NCBI GenBank assembly: GCA_038131935.1
Contig: JAYPQH010000032.1
Coordinates: forward strand, 128,001 to 192,000
Direction: 5' to 3'
DNA from: Alphaproteobacteria bacterium
GTDB taxonomy: Bacteria > Pseudomonadota > Alphaproteobacteria > UBA8317
Length of the DNA: 64,000 nt
Shown here: positions 21,424-32,247 of the stretch, one piece after another
Layout of the letters: each line of letters opens with the position of its first letter
Position numbering within the stretch: the stretch's first letter is position 1
The notes under the pieces: generated by a model
The model's database searches: none
What the model was told of the DNA's origin: nothing
The model's input: the letters and a program-made list of their open reading frames with translations, nothing else
Translations under genes and position numbers: made by a program

Positions 21424-22133
21424 TTATTTGGGGGTATCAAAAACGAGGTTTACCCGAGTACCAACGAACCAACTTTGTCCATACTCGATTGGGACATCGT
21501 CTTGTATCACATTTAAAGCTGTAGAACATAACAACGCATCCCCACGGAGCATTGAAGCAGGCCTGCCAAAATAACACTTGCTGGTTCCGCAGTAATTTTG
21601 GTTGAGAAACGTGAATAATCACCAAAACCACAGCTTTTCATGGCTTCTGTTACAGACCCTGTTACCTCTAAAACATCGCGAACGTCACCTGTACGCTCTA
21701 AAGGTAAAAATGACCGCCGAAACAGTATAGGAACATTGTCTGCATACCCCACCCCTTCAAGAAGAATAACTGGATCACCAACATTGATCTTAAGGAATTC
21801 TGCTTCAGGCCCGGATTTTAGTCTTTCAAGCCTGATAACACGGGCACTAGGTTGATGGCCTGCGATTGAAACATTTTCTGAGAACCTCGTTCGATTACTT
21901 ATATGGTACGGCGTCACAGGCATATTCACAAAAATACCGCTGCCACGACGAGACGAAATTAAGCCTTCATCACGCAAAACCGCCAATGCACGACGAACGG
22001 TATGTCTATTGACCCCAAATCTACGCGCTAACAACTCCTCCGAATCAAGTCGTTGTCCGGGCTGGTAGCGCCCCCCTACCACATCGTTACGTAATTCTTC
22101 TGCAATGGCCATCCATCGAAAAATTTTTTGCAT
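21424..22133 (-). CDS. phnF: GntR/HutC-family regulator PhnF (frameshift near 21540)
   Basis: SEELLARRFGVNRHTVRRAL HTH; adding one G restores ...PIEYGQSWFVGTRVNLVFDTPK*. Confidence 0.9.
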
Positions 22134-22220
22134 AGCTAAAATTTCTTTTGCCAAAATCTGTTGAAAAATGAAAAACACATCATTAGTAATAAGTATAGTT
22201 GTATAGTATAAGGTTCGCAC

Positions 22221-22670
22221 ATGACACAACATAACGACAATATGCGGCAATGGTGGCTTTCTACACTCGCTTGTGCAAATTGTGAATTGTTATATGAGTT
22301 ACTCTCAGATGTAGAGCTACCCAACACAGCAAAAGTGATCAGAGCCCCAGAATTAGGTACCGTCATGGTCCAAGGTCGTGTTGGTGGCGACGGTGCAGGA
22401 TTTCACTTTGGCGAGATGACCATCACAAGGTGCTCTGTGGCGCTCGACGATCAGATTACGGGCCATGGATATATACAAGGAAGAGATAAAAAAGCCTCTC
22501 ATACCATCGCGTTGTTGGATGCCCTGTTACAAACGGAGCGGCAACAAGAAATTCTTCAAAAAGTTATTTATCCCCTCGTTGAGCATCAAAAGAACTTTGA
22601 AAAAGGCGTCCAAGAAAAAGCAGCTGCGACCAAAGTGGAGTTTTTCACAATGGCAAGAGGGGAAGATTAA
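22221..22670 (+). CDS. phnG: C-P lyase subunit PhnG
   Basis: RAPELGTVMVQGRVGG, GEMTITRC, ATKVEFFTMARGED. Confidence 0.96.
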   Translation: MTQHNDNMRQWWLSTLACANCELLYELLSDVELPNTAKVIRAPELGTVMVQGRVGGDGAGFHFGEMTITRCSVALDDQITGHGYIQGRDKKASHTIALLDALLQTERQQEILQKVIYPLVEHQKNFEKGVQEKAAATKVEFFTMARGED

Positions 22671-23230
22671 TGACCTTAAACGCACAAGAATCAGCTCTTA
22701 TTTTTCGACAAATCATGTTTGCAATGTCCCATCCCGGCGAGTCATATCAATTGTCAGCGGAGATTGATGCACCTCAATGCGAATATACCAACCTTTTTGT
22801 TGTCTTGTTATGTCTTTGTGACAAAGACACGCCCTTATATCTTTCACCAACATTACAAACAGCATCCATTATCGATTGGGTAAACTTTTATCTTGGTTGC
22901 CCTATTGTCGAACCAGCGGAGGCAAGTTTTGCTGCTGGACCATTTCACGAACTAGTGCCTCTTGAACAATTTCCACAAGGAAACCCACGCTACCCAGATC
23001 AATCCGCAACCTTGTTGGTTTGTAACGAGCCTTGGGACGATATATGCGAGATTTCGGGTCCAGGCATTGATGGTAAGAGACAAAAAGCTCTGCCAAACCC
23101 CCAAATATTACAAGAAAATCACCTACGATACCCTCTTGGTTGTGACTTCATATTTGTATCCAACGATTCTGTTTTCTGCCTTCCCAGGTCAATCAATATT
23201 GAAAGTGAAGCTCAATGTATGTCTCAGTAA
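22670..23230 (+). CDS. phnH: C-P lyase subunit PhnH
   Basis: FRQIMFAMSHPG, YPDQSATL, SGPGI, YPLGCD, LPRS. Confidence 0.93.
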   Translation: MTLNAQESALIFRQIMFAMSHPGESYQLSAEIDAPQCEYTNLFVVLLCLCDKDTPLYLSPTLQTASIIDWVNFYLGCPIVEPAEASFAAGPFHELVPLEQFPQGNPRYPDQSATLLVCNEPWDDICEISGPGIDGKRQKALPNPQILQENHLRYPLGCDFIFVSNDSVFCLPRSINIESEAQCMSQ

Positions 23231-24309
23231 AAGGTGGAGAAAAGGCCATAGAACGGGCCCATCAATGGCTAGCTGATGAACGCCGGGGCGATAGAGACGA
23301 CGTTCTAGCTCTATCCATTCAGCAAATTAAAGAGCAATTATCCTTATCTGTAGCACGTGTTATGGCGGAGGGATCTTTGTATGATCCAGATTTGTCAGCA
23401 TTGGCGATCAAGCAAGCACGTGGAGATCTTATCGAGGCCATTTTTCTGATACGTGCTTACCGAACAACGCTCCCTAGACTGGGTGTTAGCGAGCCAATTG
23501 AGACATCAAGTATGGTTGTGAAGCGAAGGGTTTCGGCAACATTTAAGGATATCCCAGGAGGTCAAATTCTTGGTCCAACATTCGACTATACCCACAGATT
23601 GATAGACTTTGCTCTCCTCGCTGAGGGTGAAGATCCTTTGCCAGCCCAACAAGAAAAACAGGTACAGTGCAATATCCCTCACATCCTGAATTTACTGGAT
23701 AAAGATGATCTCATAGAAAAAAATGATATCCCTGACCGAGCCCCTTCAGATATCACACGTACACCTCTGGAATTACCAGCGGATCGACCTCTCAGATTGC
23801 AAGTCCTTGCACGTGCAGATGAAGGTTTTCTTTTAGGACTGGGCTATTCCACACAGCGTGGATACGGTAGGACACACGCCTTTGTTGGGGAATTACGTAT
23901 TGGTTATGTAGAGGTAACCATGAACATTCCAGAGTTAGGTTTTGCCATTTGTATTGGTAAGATGGAAGTAACGGAATGTGAAACCGTGAATCAATTCACG
24001 GGTTCTAAGCATATCCCCCCTCAATTCACACGCGGTTACGGCTTAGTCATGGGACAGTCCGAGCGAAAGTCTATCGCCATGGCACTTGTTGATCGCGCCT
24101 TGAGATGGGAAGAGTTGGGAGAGCCTTTTGAGGGAGCCCCTGCACAGGATCAAGAGTTTGTTTTGGCTCATTGCGATAATATCCAAGCTACAGGGTTCGT
24201 AGAACATATCAAATTACCTCATTATGTTGATTTTCAAGCAGAACTTGAGCTTGTGCGCAGGATGAGAAGAGACGCACAATTTAGCATGGGACAAGAAACT
24301 GATGCATGA
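23215..24309 (+). CDS. phnI: C-P lyase subunit PhnI
   Basis: MYVSVKGGEKAI, GGQILGPTFDYTHRL, HIKLPHYVDFQ. Confidence 0.97.
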   Translation: MYVSVKGGEKAIERAHQWLADERRGDRDDVLALSIQQIKEQLSLSVARVMAEGSLYDPDLSALAIKQARGDLIEAIFLIRAYRTTLPRLGVSEPIETSSMVVKRRVSATFKDIPGGQILGPTFDYTHRLIDFALLAEGEDPLPAQQEKQVQCNIPHILNLLDKDDLIEKNDIPDRAPSDITRTPLELPADRPLRLQVLARADEGFLLGLGYSTQRGYGRTHAFVGELRIGYVEVTMNIPELGFAICIGKMEVTECETVNQFTGSKHIPPQFTRGYGLVMGQSERKSIAMALVDRALRWEELGEPFEGAPAQDQEFVLAHCDNIQATGFVEHIKLPHYVDFQAELELVRRMRRDAQFSMGQETDA

Positions 24310-25138
24310 GGAGTATAATTTCGCTTACTTAGATGAGCAAACAAAACGTATGATACGACGAGCTTTGCTTAAGGCACTTGCTATCCCCGGCTATCAAGTC
24401 CCATTTGCGTCACGTGAAATGCCCATGCCTTATGGATGGGGTACTGGTGGAATCCAGGTCACGGCAGCCTGCTTACAACCAAATGACATCTTAAAAGTCA
24501 TTGACCAAGGTGCAGACGACACCACGAATGCAGTATCTATTCGAAAATTTTTTGCACGCACAGCGGCTGTTAAAACCACCGAAAGCACTGCAGATGCCAC
24601 CATCATTCAGACAAGGCATCGAATTCCTGAACGTCCACTCCAAAAAGAACAGATATTGGTGTATCAAGTTCCCATTCCAGAACCTTTGCGTTTTCTGGAG
24701 CCTCGCGAAACCGAAACCAGACATATGCATGCGTTGCAAGAATATGGGCTTATGCATGTTAAACTATACGAAAACATTGCAGAACATGGTCAAATTTCGA
24801 CAACATATGCTTACCCGGTACGGGTAAATCAGCATTATATTATGGACCCATCGCCTATACCAAAATTTGATAATCCTAAAATGCATCAATCTCATGCTAT
24901 TCAATTGTTTGGTGCGGGTCGTGAACAGCGCATTTACGCCATTCCACCCTACACAGACGTGGTCAGCCTAGATTTTGAGGATTATCCCTTCGAGCAAATG
25001 AAAATTGATAAGTCGTGCAGCCTATGTGGGGCACGTGATACATTCTTGGATGAGGTTATCATGGATGACCAAGGCCAACGTATGTTCGTATGTTCAGATA
25101 CAGACTTCTGCCACCAACCTAAGTCAGAAAAATCATGA
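24302..25138 (+). CDS. phnJ: C-P lyase radical SAM subunit PhnJ
   Basis: YNFAYLDEQTKR, AIPGYQVPF, C-terminal CSLC...VCSDTDFC. Confidence 0.97.
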   Translation: MHEEYNFAYLDEQTKRMIRRALLKALAIPGYQVPFASREMPMPYGWGTGGIQVTAACLQPNDILKVIDQGADDTTNAVSIRKFFARTAAVKTTESTADATIIQTRHRIPERPLQKEQILVYQVPIPEPLRFLEPRETETRHMHALQEYGLMHVKLYENIAEHGQISTTYAYPVRVNQHYIMDPSPIPKFDNPKMHQSHAIQLFGAGREQRIYAIPPYTDVVSLDFEDYPFEQMKIDKSCSLCGARDTFLDEVIMDDQGQRMFVCSDTDFCHQPKSEKS

Positions 25139-25895
25139 CCAAACCATTTATTTTACAAGCTCAAAATATCACCAAATATTACGGAAACCAACTGGGTTGC
25201 AAAGATGTTAGCTTTGAACTTTATCCAGGTGAGGTACTTGGAATAGTTGGAGAATCTGGCTCAGGGAAATCCACGTTATTAAACTGTGTAGCCTGTCATA
25301 CCCCCATTGATGAGGGCGAATTATTGTATCAAAATGAACCTATGCATTCAGCGCCCGCCTCCAGGCAACGCTATCTTGCCAGGACGGAGTGGGCTTTTGT
25401 GCACCAAAATCCACGTGATGGATTAAGAATGAATGTGAGTGCCGGGGTAATATTGGTGAACGGCTTATGGCCACCGGCGCACGTCATTATGGGCAGATCA
25501 GGAAACAAGCTGAAGAGTGGATTGAACGTGTCGAAATAGACACAGCCCGACTTGATGACAAACCCAAAACTTTTTCTGGTGGCATGCAGCAGAGACTACA
25601 AATAGCACGCAATCTGGTAACAAAACCAAAATTAATTTTCATGGATGAGCCAACAGGAGGCTTGGATGTCTCTGTGCAGGCGCGGTTATTAGATACATTA
25701 CGGATGTTGGTAAAAGAGCTTGGTCTTGCAGCTATTGTTGTTACCCATGATCTTGCAGTTGTACGCCTTTTGGCAGATCGCATGATTGTCATGAAGTCAG
25801 GCCATGTTGTTGAGACAGGTTTATCAGACCAAGTGCTAGACGACCCGCAACATCCTTACACGCAACTTCTGGTTTCATCGGTTCTGCAGACATGA
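25135..25895 (+). CDS. phnK: C-P lyase ATPase PhnK (frameshift near 25445)
   Basis: GESGSGKST, QNPRDGLRM; FSGGMQQRLQIARNL, VLDDPQHPYTQLLVSS; one extra G restores AGGNIGERL. Confidence 0.93.
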
Positions 25896-26587
25896 ATATG
25901 ATCAAAGCAACAAATATCAGCAAATCTTTTACGCTCCACCAACAAAGTGGTGTCGTCCTCAATGTGTTTTCAAACTTATCACTGGAAGTAAATGCTGGTG
26001 AATGCGTTGGACTGGTGGGGCCAAGTGGGATGGGTAAATCTACTATCCTAAGAATGATTTACGGAAATTATCGGACAGATGAGGGATCAATACTCGTGAA
26101 CAATACGGAAATCGTAGGTTGCGACCCTCAAACTATTCTAGGTTTGCGAAGAACAACCATGGGATTTGTAAGTCAATTCCTCCGTGTCGTACCGAGGGTA
26201 CCTGCGATTGATGTTGTATCAGAGCCAATGCGTAGAGTTGGACATGATGCTGAGGAAGCTCATCAAAAAGCAAGTTATTTACTTGAATGCTTAAATATTC
26301 CAGAAAACCTATGGCAACTATCGCCTTCAACATTTTCTGGTGGTGAACAGCAACGAATTAATATTGCGCGCGGATTGTGTCATCCCTACCCTGTTTTGTT
26401 GTTAGATGAACCCACAGCAAGCCTAGATAAAAAAAATAAAAAAACCGTTCTGAGCCTTATCAATGGCGCTAAAGACGCAGGAGCAGCCATTCTTGGTATC
26501 TTTCATGACGATGAAGCCCGCAAAGCTGTATGTGACCGCATGATCGATATACGTGAATTGTGCCATATGGCGGGTGAAGTAACGTGA
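25892..26587 (+). CDS. phnL: C-P lyase ATPase PhnL
   Basis: KSFTLHQQ, VSQFLRVVPRV, FSGGEQQR, GIFHD. Confidence 0.95.
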   Translation: MNMIKATNISKSFTLHQQSGVVLNVFSNLSLEVNAGECVGLVGPSGMGKSTILRMIYGNYRTDEGSILVNNTEIVGCDPQTILGLRRTTMGFVSQFLRVVPRVPAIDVVSEPMRRVGHDAEEAHQKASYLLECLNIPENLWQLSPSTFSGGEQQRINIARGLCHPYPVLLLDEPTASLDKKNKKTVLSLINGAKDAGAAILGIFHDDEARKAVCDRMIDIRELCHMAGEVT

Positions 26588-27138
26588 ATATCATTTTTGT
26601 TGTGGGTTCCTCAGGCTCAGGAAAAAACACGCTCATGGACTTGGCAGCAGAAGAGTTTGACTGGCTCAGCATCGTGCCCAGAGAAGTCTCGATCATAAGA
26701 CCTGGGGAACCTCACGATCATGCCATTGATCAGCACTTATTTTTGAAAAAACAAAATGCTGGGGAATATTATCTTAGTTGGTATGCCCATAATATTCATT
26801 ATGGAATTGATAAGCAGAAACTTAACCTAATCCTTGGTCCGCATAGCCAACATTGGGGTTTGATCAACGGGGCTCGACGCGCCGTAAATCAATGGCTTGA
26901 AGCTTCACCAAAAGGTCATGTTATTGAAATCCAAGCCTCTTTGGAAACGCGACGTTTGAGACTAGCATCACGAGAAAGAGAAAATATGCATGCGATTAAT
27001 CAGCGCCTCAACAGCGCGCCACTCGATAGCTCAAAGATCCCCAAAGAAAACTATCATGTGGTCGATAACAACCAGGACATAAATCAATCGTTCAATATGT
27101 TTTCATCTATCATTAAAAAGATAACGGGAATCTCTTGA
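26584..27138 (+). CDS. phnN: Ribose 1,5-bisphosphokinase PhnN
   Basis: VVGSSGSGK P-loop, WYAHNIHYGI, RLASRERE; follows phnL. Confidence 0.85.
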   Translation: MNIIFVVGSSGSGKNTLMDLAAEEFDWLSIVPREVSIIRPGEPHDHAIDQHLFLKKQNAGEYYLSWYAHNIHYGIDKQKLNLILGPHSQHWGLINGARRAVNQWLEASPKGHVIEIQASLETRRLRLASRERENMHAINQRLNSAPLDSSKIPKENYHVVDNNQDINQSFNMFSSIIKKITGIS

Positions 27139-27785
27139 TAAGAACAAACCGACCATTCTGTTCGCCCCTCAAGGCAATGTGAGGAATCTGTATTGTGTAA
27201 GGAAAAGATGGAAATTTTCCCTCTAAATAAGAATAAATTTGATGTTCTTGCGGAAGTGTTAACCGACCAGTGAGGGTCATATGAAACTTAAATTCATCAA
27301 GAACATATGGGTAACCGTAATCACACAACAGCCGTTCTTGCCTGGGCGTCAAGCCTGCTTGACGCCGTCTTGCCAATTCATCCGCACTTGCTGCTGTCCG
27401 ATACTGGTCAAGTTCTGTTACCAACTTTTTTTCAAGAGCTACCAAATTACTGGATGCTTGCTGCAAGGTAAGCGCTATGAACCCCTCAAAGACTCAAGTC
27501 CTACAGTGATAGTGAAGCGGTTGATAGATTGGGCAATCTTACCAACATCAAGCTCCAATTGCTCTATGGTTTTATCTTTTTGCAGGACAAATGGCGCTTT
27601 CATCGTTGCATGAAACCATATTTTCTTGGCTGGGTTGTGGCAGATTGCCAAATATCATGAGAAAAATCACTCGGCGCTTCCATATGTTGCTGATATACAC
27701 TGTCCCACCCCAACCACTGACTAGCTAATAAATAAAGTGGGTCATGCGCATCAGGAACGATATATACAGCAAAACGAGAAAACAT
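27113..27785 (-). CDS. DUF1045 2H-phosphoesterase-type protein (two frameshifts, near 27613 and 27483)
   Basis: RFAVY, WLGWD, reconstructed PRKYGFHATMKAPF, YGYPYVLDEFKFHMTLTG. Confidence 0.88.
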
Positions 27786-27830
27786 ACTTAACGCCCTTTT
27801 TAAAAATCACAGTTATGACAAGGTATTTTT

Positions 27831-28977
27831 ATGTCTACAGATATTTCCTTTTCCAACGCCCGTATTATAACGCCCAATCATATTCTGGAAGGTCAATTAT
27901 GTTGCAAAGACAACCTCATTGCGAACATCACCTCAAATTCAGCAGAACATAAACAAAGCATTGATTGCCAAGGTGACTTCTTAGCACCTGGATTGATTGA
28001 ATTGCACACGGATAATCTCGAAGGCCATCTCCAACCTCGGCCAGGGGTGCACTGGCCAAGAAGGGCAGCTATTCTTGCCCATGATGCGGAATTGGTGGGC
28101 GTAGGTATAACAACCGTGCTCGACGCATTACGGGTTGGATCCATTGTTTCACGCAAAGATGGAGATTATATCCCCTATGCTCGGGAGGTCGCCACAGAAA
28201 TACAAAGTATGTCCAAACTTGGGGTGCTCAAAGCAAGACATCACCTCCATTTACGCGCTGAAATTTGCTCAGAAACCTTGATAGACGAGATTGGCTCATT
28301 CGATGAGAATGATGATGTTCGCATGATATCCATGATGGATCACACACCAGGACAGAGGCAATTTCGCAATTTAGATAAATTTAGAGAATATCTACAAGGC
28401 AAACATGGGATGTCACCAGCAGAGGTTGATGCCCATTTTCAAGGATTATATGATCTTCAAAGTAAAGGTTGGAGAGCCACATGCTCGTGCCATCGCCGAG
28501 CATGCAAAAACATATAATGTTCCTCTAGCAAGCCATGACGACGCCACAAAGGATGATGTTATCGCCAGCATAACCGCAGGGGCTACATTGGCGGAATTTC
28601 CAACAACAATTGAAGCTGCATCATTATGCCGAGAAGCCAATCAATCCATAATAATGGGAGCACCGAACCTTATACGAGGAGGATCACATTCAGGAAATGT
28701 TGCGGCCCATGACTTGGCTGACTTAGACATGTTGGATATTCTTAGCTCTGATTATGTCCCAGCCTCTTTGTTAATGAGCGCTTGGAAGCTTTCCCAGCAG
28801 TTAGGAGATATCCCTAAGGCTATGCGAACAGTGACTTTCAATCCAGCCAGTGCTCTAGGACTCAACGATCGTGGTGCCCTCGAAGAGGGACGAAAAGCTG
28901 ACTTGGTTCGTTTTCGTATTATCGACAACATACCACAAGTTGTCTCAGTTTACGTCAACGCCCAACGTGTTGCTTAA
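27831..28977 (+). CDS. phnM: RPnTP diphosphatase PhnM (frameshift near 28465)
   Basis: PGLIELHTDNLE, MDHTPGQRQF, ASHDD, AEFPT, GGSHSGNV, LSSDYVP. Confidence 0.94.
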
Positions 28978-28986
28978 CCGTTTTAC

Positions 28987-30108
28987 TCAATCTTTGATGG
29001 AATGGCTCTCAGATGAGGCCATTTCGTCTAGGATTTCCCGATTGTGTGAACCAGGAGCAACAGGAGGCCCCTGCACGGCACCTGGTGTTCGGGAGAAAGA
29101 GGGGACAACGCCGGGTTGTGTAAAGCTATGACCATTAAAAAATGTTTGATTGTGACGATAATGGGGGTGGTTCTGCGCCTCTTGCATGGAGAGTACGGGA
29201 GCAAAACAAGCGTCTGTCGCTTCTAGCAAGTCACACCATTCTTGCCTTGTTCTTTGCTGAAACAGTTCGGCCAACTTAAGCTTTTGTTCAGGCCATTTTT
29301 GTTGATCAAATTGGTCATCAAACAATGGGTCATCAAGCTGTAGCAACGAACGTAAAACATTGTAAAATTTGGGCTCTATGGCAGCTATAGTTACAAATAG
29401 TCCATCTGATGTCTCATAAACATTATAAAAAGGTGCACCTCCATCCAAAAGGTTACTACCTCGAAGTTCAGTCCATTTTCCAGCAGCATGCCAACCAAAA
29501 AACATGCTCATTAATGATACAGCACCATCACACATCGCCATATCCACAACTTGCCCCTTTTGGGAATGCTGAGCTTCTAGAAGGGCTGCACATAACCCAA
29601 AGGCAAGATATAAAGCGCCTCCTCCGAAGTCACCAATGAGGTTTAGAGGAATACTAGGTTTTTCCTTAACACCAATAGAATGTAATGCCCCAGACAGTGC
29701 GATATAATTCAAATCATGTCCTGCAGACGCGGCCAAAGGGCCATTTTGCCCCCATCCTGTCATACGACCATAAATAAGTTTTGGGTTTACCTTCCAACAA
29801 TCTTCTGGTGCGAGACCTAAACGCTCCATTACCCCAGGCCGAAACCCTTCAATAAGACCATGTGCTGAAGCAACCAATGATAGCGCAACGGATTTATCTT
29901 TTTCATCCTTTAAATCGAGGGCAATAGACCTACGTCCTCGGGCCAAAACATCACCAGCATCTGCTTCGGTTCCTACGAGATCTTTTCTATCAACGCGGAT
30001 GATATCAGCCCCAAGATCTGCCAATAACATAGCACAAAATGGTCCCGGCCCAATGCCGGCAAATTCAATAAAACCGAAACCCTCGTAACGGCCCAGCTGC
30101 CATGTCAT
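28987..30108 (-). CDS. CaiB/BaiF family III CoA-transferase (alpha-methylacyl-CoA racemase-like)
   Basis: [32 protein letters not shown]. Confidence 0.92.
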   Translation of the reverse strand: MTWQLGRYEGFGFIEFAGIGPGPFCAMLLADLGADIIRVDRKDLVGTEADAGDVLARGRRSIALDLKDEKDKSVALSLVASAHGLIEGFRPGVMERLGLAPEDCWKVNPKLIYGRMTGWGQNGPLAASAGHDLNYIALSGALHSIGVKEKPSIPLNLIGDFGGGALYLAFGLCAALLEAQHSQKGQVVDMAMCDGAVSLMSMFFGWHAAGKWTELRGSNLLDGGAPFYNVYETSDGLFVTIAAIEPKFYNVLRSLLQLDDPLFDDQFDQQKWPEQKLKLAELFQQRTRQEWCDLLEATDACFAPVLSMQEAQNHPHYRHNQTFFNGHSFTQPGVVPSFSRTPGAVQGPPVAPGSHNREILDEMASSESHSIKD

Positions 30109-30824
30109 GCCCTTCTTGCGAGCTGGTGTGCGAGATCTAACAAATTCTCAGCAACAATGTCCCACTGTTCCGTTGCCGCGCAATCTTTTGTTTGTGCAGG
30201 CCCATATTCAGTTGGCCTTGGGAAAAAGCCAGTTTGTAACCCCGCTTGCTTTGCCGCAGTTAAATCATAGTTATGCGCTGCTACCATCATACAATCCTCT
30301 GGATGCAGTCCTAACCAGTCTGCAGCCGTTTGATAAACAATAGGATTGGGTTTGTAATTCTGGGCTGGTTCAGAGCCTAAAATAGCGTCCCAAGGAAAAG
30401 CGCAATAACGTGCAAGATTGACCATCAATGCAGTATTCCCGTTTGAAACGGGCGCTAGTAGAAAATCCTTTGCCAACAACAACATTGCTTCATCTACCTC
30501 AGGCCATGTCTTCAATCGGCGCCACTCCAAAGCCAACTGACTACGTGTTTCCTGAGATACATGTGCAAGATTATAGCGGTCTAAAACGGCATTTAAATTC
30601 TCAAGATGCAGGTCGTCCAGGCGCACAAAGCCGCGCTCCCCACGCCGAATGGGTTCCATCGAGGGTTGGTATTCAGCCCTCCATTGAGAGGCCATTTCCA
30701 GCCAATCTTCCTCAACACCTAACGGGGTCAAAGCTTGTTGCAAATGCCCTGCAATGGATGTTCTCCAATCTACCAATGTTCCGAAAACATCAAAAAATAA
30801 AGCTTTAGGTTTAAGTTTACTCAT
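30105..30824 (-). CDS. Haloacid dehalogenase type II
   Basis: [25 protein letters not shown]. Confidence 0.9.
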   Translation of the reverse strand: MSKLKPKALFFDVFGTLVDWRTSIAGHLQQALTPLGVEEDWLEMASQWRAEYQPSMEPIRRGERGFVRLDDLHLENLNAVLDRYNLAHVSQETRSQLALEWRRLKTWPEVDEAMLLLAKDFLLAPVSNGNTALMVNLARYCAFPWDAILGSEPAQNYKPNPIVYQTAADWLGLHPEDCMMVAAHNYDLTAAKQAGLQTGFFPRPTEYGPAQTKDCAATEQWDIVAENLLDLAHQLARRA

Positions 30825-31605
30825 CAGAACCTCTGTATCATTTGGGTGGAGGGTTCATCACATCCTGCATCACCGATAATTTTGCGGGCACACCCGCAAC
30901 AGTTACATTTGAAACTACATCTTTCGTGACAACAGAACCAGCAGCAATACGCACACAATTTCCTATTTCAACATTACCCAAAATCTTAGCACCTGCTCCA
31001 ATCATCACACCATTACCTATCTTGGGATGCCTATCTCCTCGAATTTTCCCGGTGCCTCCAAGCGTGACGCCATGCAAAATCGAACAATCATTACCAACAC
31101 GCGCGGTCTCACCAATAACAATGTTATGAGCATGGTCAATCATGAGACCTTTGCCAAGAACACAAGCAGGATGGATATCAACATTAAAGACTTCTGCAAC
31201 ACGCGATTGCACATATCGAGCTTCGATGGTTCGTTCATTGCTCCACCAAGCATGGGCAACCCGATAGGCAGCGATCGCATGAAAACCTTTATAAAAGGCG
31301 ACTGCCTCAAGTGGAAAACGACAAGCTGGATCTCGGTAACTGACTGCGTCAAGATCAGCCCAAATAACATCCTCCAATAAAGCCATTTGCTCACCAAATT
31401 CATAAGCCATGATGCGGCACTCATCTTTAGAGACGCAAATTCTATGACTAATGATACGTGCCAGACTTTCGCTCAAACTTTTGGAGGAGGCGAAAATCCG
31501 CTCAATATATTTTGTAAAAGGTCGATCGAATTCAGGTAATCTTGCGCAAATATGTTGCCAGCGGATGGCATTTTCTCGGTGAATATTTTCTATTTTTTCT
31601 GTCAC
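30824..31605 (-). CDS. cysE: Serine O-acetyltransferase (probable C-terminal frameshift near 30880)
   Basis: RDPAC, YKGFHA, VDIHPA, TLGGTGK..DRHPKIG; one extra A gives AKIIGDAGCDEPSTQMIQRF* ending at 30824. Confidence 0.93.
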
Positions 31606-31779
31606 TTTGGCAGCCCTTGTTATTGAACCATCCGAATTTAGAGTGGTTGAACCCTACGTGAAAGATAAAAATCTGCATATAGAAAATTTTTTTTGTTGAT
31701 CCTAGTCGCTAATGAATGTACTGACACTGTTTTTCGCATGGTGCGGAAGAACGAACATCTGCTGGTTGGAGTAGGCGAA

Positions 31780-32247
31780 ATGAATTATGCCGATAGCCTC
31801 TTCCAATTGGGGATGGACTCGAAGGCAGCAATAGAGCCGCAGGAGAGCACCACCCAAAAGGTTGAGCCGAATAAGGATCACTTTATTGAACGCGACGGAC
31901 ATGTCTATGCAGGTACACATATTATTGTAGACTTGTATGATGCTTCTCATTTGGATGATATCGAGCATATCGAACAAATACTTCGTCAATGCATTGAAAC
32001 AGCAAAGGCAACTTTGCTGCATTTTCATCTTCATCATTTTACGCCTACTGGTGTGTCTGGTGTGGCTGTGCTCGCAGAAAGTCATATTTCTATTCATACT
32101 TGGCCAGAAGCACATTATGCTGCTTTGGATATTTTCATGTGCGGGGATGCGGATCCTCACAGTTGCATTAAAATTTTGAAACAAGGCTTCAATGCAAAGC
32201 GCATGGATGTAAAAGAATTCTATAGAGGTAAAGATATCGATGGCTGA
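31780..32247 (+). CDS. speD: S-adenosylmethionine decarboxylase proenzyme
   Basis: GVSGVAVLAESHISIHTWPE self-cleavage motif, DIFMCG. Confidence 0.95.
   Translation: MNYADSLFQLGMDSKAAIEPQESTTQKVEPNKDHFIERDGHVYAGTHIIVDLYDASHLDDIEHIEQILRQCIETAKATLLHFHLHHFTPTGVSGVAVLAESHISIHTWPEAHYAALDIFMCGDADPHSCIKILKQGFNAKRMDVKEFYRGKDIDG

Noticed and set aside
27806-27821. Pho-box-like TTGTCAT-AA-CTGTGAT (minus strand) between DUF1045 and phnM
   Set aside because: Half-site spacing is 9 bp rather than 11; insufficient support.
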